Assembly (NCBI GenBank): GCA_001642005.1
Contig: LWCA01000055.1
Location: 1,890-65,889 of the forward strand
DNA length: 64,000 nt
Direction of reading: 5' to 3'
Source of the DNA: Intoshia linei
Taxonomy: Eukaryota > Animalia > Orthonectida
This document shows, in pieces, positions 61,801-64,000 of this stretch (positions are counted from its first letter, which is position 1; each line of letters begins with the position of its first letter). Made by a program: the position numbers and the translations under genes. The notes beneath the pieces were generated by a model. It saw only the letters and a list, made by a program, of their open reading frames with translations. It did no database searches and had not been told where the DNA came from.

Positions 61801-62211
61801 AAAACTGAATTGCAAAATTTGAAAAAAATAGGTCAAAACATTAAAAATGCGCAATACCAAAGCCATGACAATGTTAAAAAAAGCAAAAAAAAATTTAAAA
61901 CAGATTACGTACTTTTGAAAAAATGGCAATATCAACAATCATTAAAAAAATTCTACATGATGAGTCAAAATTTAAATGAACTTGTACCACCATACGTGCA
62001 ATATCAGCCTGTTCCGTATATTCCTAATAATGATCAAGTTCCTCCACAAAGCACTATACAATCTTTTCCAAACAATTTTTACAATCATCCAATTTATCCA
62101 ATTAATCGAGTTGACGTGAATTATCCTCCATACTACCATCCATATTCACCTCGATACAATAATAAAATTGATCACTACGATGAAATATCAGATTCAAACA
62201 TTACAAAGTAA
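55870..62211 (+). CDS. Large Lys/Asn/Glu-rich low-complexity protein (~1400 aa), function unknown
   Basis: Phase-compatible exons 55870-55936, 55981-56481, 56991-57865, 59379-62211 join the 171-, 304- and 948-aa ORFs. Contains an EK coiled coil, a CxxC..CxxC motif, Gly-Gly repeats and a Pro/Tyr tail. Confidence 0.7.
56516..56962 (-). mobile_element. Short Helitron-family copy in an intron
   Basis: CTAGTTGACTGCTATGTACTTGGTACAAACAGCACCTAG ... TAAGTTAAGA|T. Confidence 0.7.
58112..59272. mobile_element. hAT Buster-like element containing a Helitron
   Basis: CAGTGGTTTC...GAAACTACTG with TSD GTCTACAT/GTCTAGAT. Confidence 0.7.
58524..59191 (-). mobile_element. Non-autonomous Helitron, internally deleted
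   Basis: A|CTAGCTTGACTGTTATGTACTACGTACAAACAG ... ATAAGTTAGGA|T; the body closely matches 33960-34645. Confidence 0.85.
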
Positions 62212-62301
62212 ACTTTTCTCGGAACCAATCATGAATAGCGACTAAAATTTTAAATTCATTTTAATCATTAAAGTTTTTTTTAAAAATTTTTATTTTCAAT
62301 T

Positions 62302-63352
62302 TCATTCGACAATGTCACTCCATTTAAAAAATATAAAATCGGCCAAGGCTAAATGATAGACTTCATTGTATAGATGCTTTTCATTGTCATTTAGAAGATC
62401 TTTTCCAGGTGTCTCGTCTAGTGTTTTTGGTAAATAGTTTTCATTATAAAAACATCCTGTTTCCGTTTTATAGTTTTCATTGGTTTTATCTGATGTCAAT
62501 CTTTGAGGTGTAATTGAATCGTCCAATCTTTGATGTTTCTAGTTGGATTATATTTAAAATTATAAAATTTTTACTAAATTTAAATAAAAAGCTATAAATT
62601 ATCTTTCATGGTTAGTAAAGTTAAATTCTCCAAAAAAAAAATTAATAAATGAAACCCTAAAATGTAGACTAAATACACGAAAATTAACTACAATCGAGCT
62701 TCAATTGTAAAATTAAAAAAGTAAACATCTTTCATGCAGGCCCAGTATACAAATCATATATTGATAACCTGTATATGTTGATACAATTTTCTAAATTTTT
62801 CCAACCCCAGTTGCTGTTCCAAAGATTCACGACACTCTTCTAAACGAGAAAAAATTGTTGTCGATTCATGTTCCTCAAAAAATGAATTACTGCTAGTGTC
62901 TAATAAATCATATTAATAATTTTTAGTAATCAACTACCGCTATCCAATTCCCCTAAAGACGAACCAAGCCCTTCCAAGCTAGATTTTGTTGTTGATAAAT
63001 CTAAAAATAAAATAAATTATTCATAATGATGTAATCATCGACTAGGTATGTCTTGATTAAACAAACTGTCGTTGTCAGAGTCATCGTTGAGTATCTCATT
63101 TATTATATCTTCATTTTCGTCATAAAGGTATATTGGTGTGTTTAGTCCAGGGTCAATCGTAGATTTCATTTCGTCAAATGCTTCGTTGTCTAATAAATTA
63201 TTAAAAATTTGAAATGCAACTAAACTAAACAACAGTAAACACGAATTATAATTATACGTGTCATGCAACGGGCACAAATTAGACAAGCCGTACACAATGT
63301 GCGACCGTGAGAGCGTGTATGTGCGGCCGTGGATAATGTGATCATAATTCAA
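62302..63352 (-). CDS. NEK1: 3' exons of a NEK1-like NimA-related kinase; kinase domain not in the window
   Basis: Exon ~62899-62769 TIFSRLEECRESLEQQLGLEKFRKLYQHIQ and last exon LLNDNEKHLYNEVYHLALAD match the NEK1 C-terminal motif as recalled ([20 protein letters not shown]...HQHLYAKILHLVMAD). Confidence 0.65.
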
Positions 63353-64000
63353 TATACATGTATCAATTTACTTCAAATTGAAAAGTTGAAATTAAATTTT
63401 ATTAAAGGGCAAATTAAAATATTTTTATCAAATAGTTACATTTTTGACTTTGGCCACTTTCTCAATGTCAAAATAAATTTTGTGCGGTCGTAGTATCAAT
63501 GAGTAAAGTAGCTTTGTGGCTGAATTGGCGGAAATTGTTAAAACAAGTTATTCAATGATTGCATTTGTATTTTATTAATACTAGCTTGATTGTTATGTAG
63601 CTCTGTCGAGGGCGGATATAAAATTTTGAGGGTAATTCAATTATAAAAAATAAGTGTGTTATCTTAAGAATAACGTAAAAACGATACAATTATATTTACA
63701 GCCCAAACAAATATTCAAATAACATGAATCCTAGAAAAAATAAAATTTTCAATAAGCACCACATATGGAGGCCACTGAAAATATAAAATAGAATCTACAA
63801 ATATTTTGTCACAAAAGAGGTCATATAGTCACTACCCAACTGAATTATTACCCAAGGCTCTTGACTTGAAATTGTAAATCTAATATACATAATATTAGTG
63901 ATATTATAGAACATAATTTTTTCAATTATTAATTTAGAAAATCTTTAAATATTAGGTCGTTTCATAAGTAATGTCGTTTTTTTAACAAAATTAAAAAGTT

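Noticed and set aside
59365-62211. 948-aa ORF as a stand-alone gene or a retroelement ORF
   Set aside because: No RT, integrase or gag motifs seen; the acceptor at 59378 is in phase with the donor at 57866.

Overview
Very AT-rich eukaryotic (metazoan) genomic DNA. Genes are spliced, with many ~30-55 nt introns plus a few long introns packed with transposon debris, so the ORF track fragments most genes. Recognisable host genes: CFAP300 (23.1-29.3 kb, +), neuroguidin NGDN (30.4-31.8 kb, +), a basonuclin/disco zinc-finger gene (32.4-36.0 kb, -), DPM1 (38.4-45.1 kb, -) and the 3' end of a NEK1-like kinase (62.3-63.4 kb, -). There are also unrecognised genes at 50.9-53.2 kb and 55.9-62.2 kb. Mobile DNA includes a non-autonomous Helitron family, Tc1/mariner, hAT (Buster-like MITEs, Tip100/Ac-like, hATm), piggyBac, pogo and foldback elements. 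Two highlights. (1) A convergent pair of paralogous genes (4.5-11.2 kb +, 14.6-18.6+ kb -) for an unrecognised, probably secreted precursor family: signal peptide (seen in the first copy), dibasic sites, acidic spacer ending in KLR, a variable payload, then a shared Cys-containing helical domain. In the intact copy the payload is a cationic amphipathic 40-aa tandem repeat resembling an antimicrobial/lytic peptide. (2) A decayed intronless ORF in DPM1 intron 1 with the motif order of an alphavirus-supergroup (virga-like) capping methyltransferase, i.e. a candidate endogenous RNA-virus element. All homology calls come from manual translation and remembered family motifs; no searches were run.
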